This document shows, piece after piece, positions 63,852-64,000 of a stretch of DNA of 64,000 nt (positions are counted from its first letter, which is position 1; each line of letters begins with the position of its first letter). The notes beneath the pieces were generated by a model, which searched no databases, was not told the DNA's origin, and worked only from the letters and a program-made list of their open reading frames with translations. The position numbers and the translations under genes are program-made. Source of the DNA: an uncultured Acidobacteriota bacterium (GTDB taxonomy: Bacteria; Acidobacteriota; Vicinamibacteria; Vicinamibacterales; CAVVIG01); the NCBI GenBank assembly GCA_963697745.1, contig CAVOPD010000009.1, forward strand, positions 20,898 through 84,897, given 5' to 3'.

Positions 63852-64000
63852 CTACACCTGTGCGGCGGGCGCACGACTATCTCTGATGCGGGCAATCACC
63901 AGAGTGAAGAGCAACAGCACTGGCGCCCAGGTCAGTGTCAGCGTGATGAACCCCACTCGTTCGTACGCGGCACCCCCGATCGAGGGGCCGACCAGCAGGC
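63852..64000 (-). CDS. C-terminal end of a membrane transporter (MFS-like), partial at the right edge
   Basis: Hand translation of the minus strand gives LLVGPSIGGAAYERVGFITLTLTWAPVLLLFTLVIARIRDSRAPAAQV followed by a stop (TAG, complement of 63852-63854). Confidence 0.45.
   Translation of the reverse strand, partial: LLVGPSIGGAAYERVGFITLTLTWAPVLLLFTLVIARIRDSRAPAAQV

Overview
The window is not one homogeneous locus and it carries many indels.

Part A (1 to about 13.86 kb) is very GC-rich; hand counts on single 60-nt lines give mid-70s percent GC. Its gene content looks actinobacterial: DUF4446-pheA, a PG-binding lipoprotein, a four-gene cluster (S8 peptidase, ECF sigma, small anti-sigma-like protein, CHAT-domain protein), a flavin monooxygenase, a methyltransferase, DUF2461, and the 5' part of an FTR1 iron permease.

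Part B (about 13.87 to 64 kb) is clearly less GC-rich; sampled lines give about 55-67 percent. Its gene content is what I associate with Acidobacteria-like soil bacteria (an inference). It includes:
- MFS transporters, AhpD/CMD-like proteins, a PLD/cardiolipin synthase, and a Crp/Fnr regulator
- a GH3 glycosidase followed by a BNR/beta-helix protein
- a sulfatase cluster (FGE, BASS-type transporter, Cys-type arylsulfatase, two convergent SulP/STAS permeases)
- a GMC oxidoreductase
- a five-gene nitrate-reductase-like operon with an unusual NarK-cytochrome b fusion and a Rieske subunit
- a TIGR02999-type ECF sigma with a Ser/Thr-kinase/TPR sensor
- an ArsR-SRPBCC pair and an ECF41/SigJ-like sigma
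- an amidase, a histidine kinase, and a Mug glycosylase

The A/B join at about 13,850-13,875 cuts off the 3' ends of two convergent genes. About half of the recognisable genes are interrupted by single-base-type frame changes, yet the protein text stays well conserved on both sides. This looks more like consensus or assembly error than biological decay. I type these genes as pseudogene, meaning as sequenced.

I saw no rRNA, tRNA, CRISPR array, transposase, integrase or phage genes.

The best candidates for something new are the nitrate-reductase-like module at 38.0-44.2 kb and, with more caveats, the two-protease/ECF-sigma cluster at 5.05-10.4 kb.
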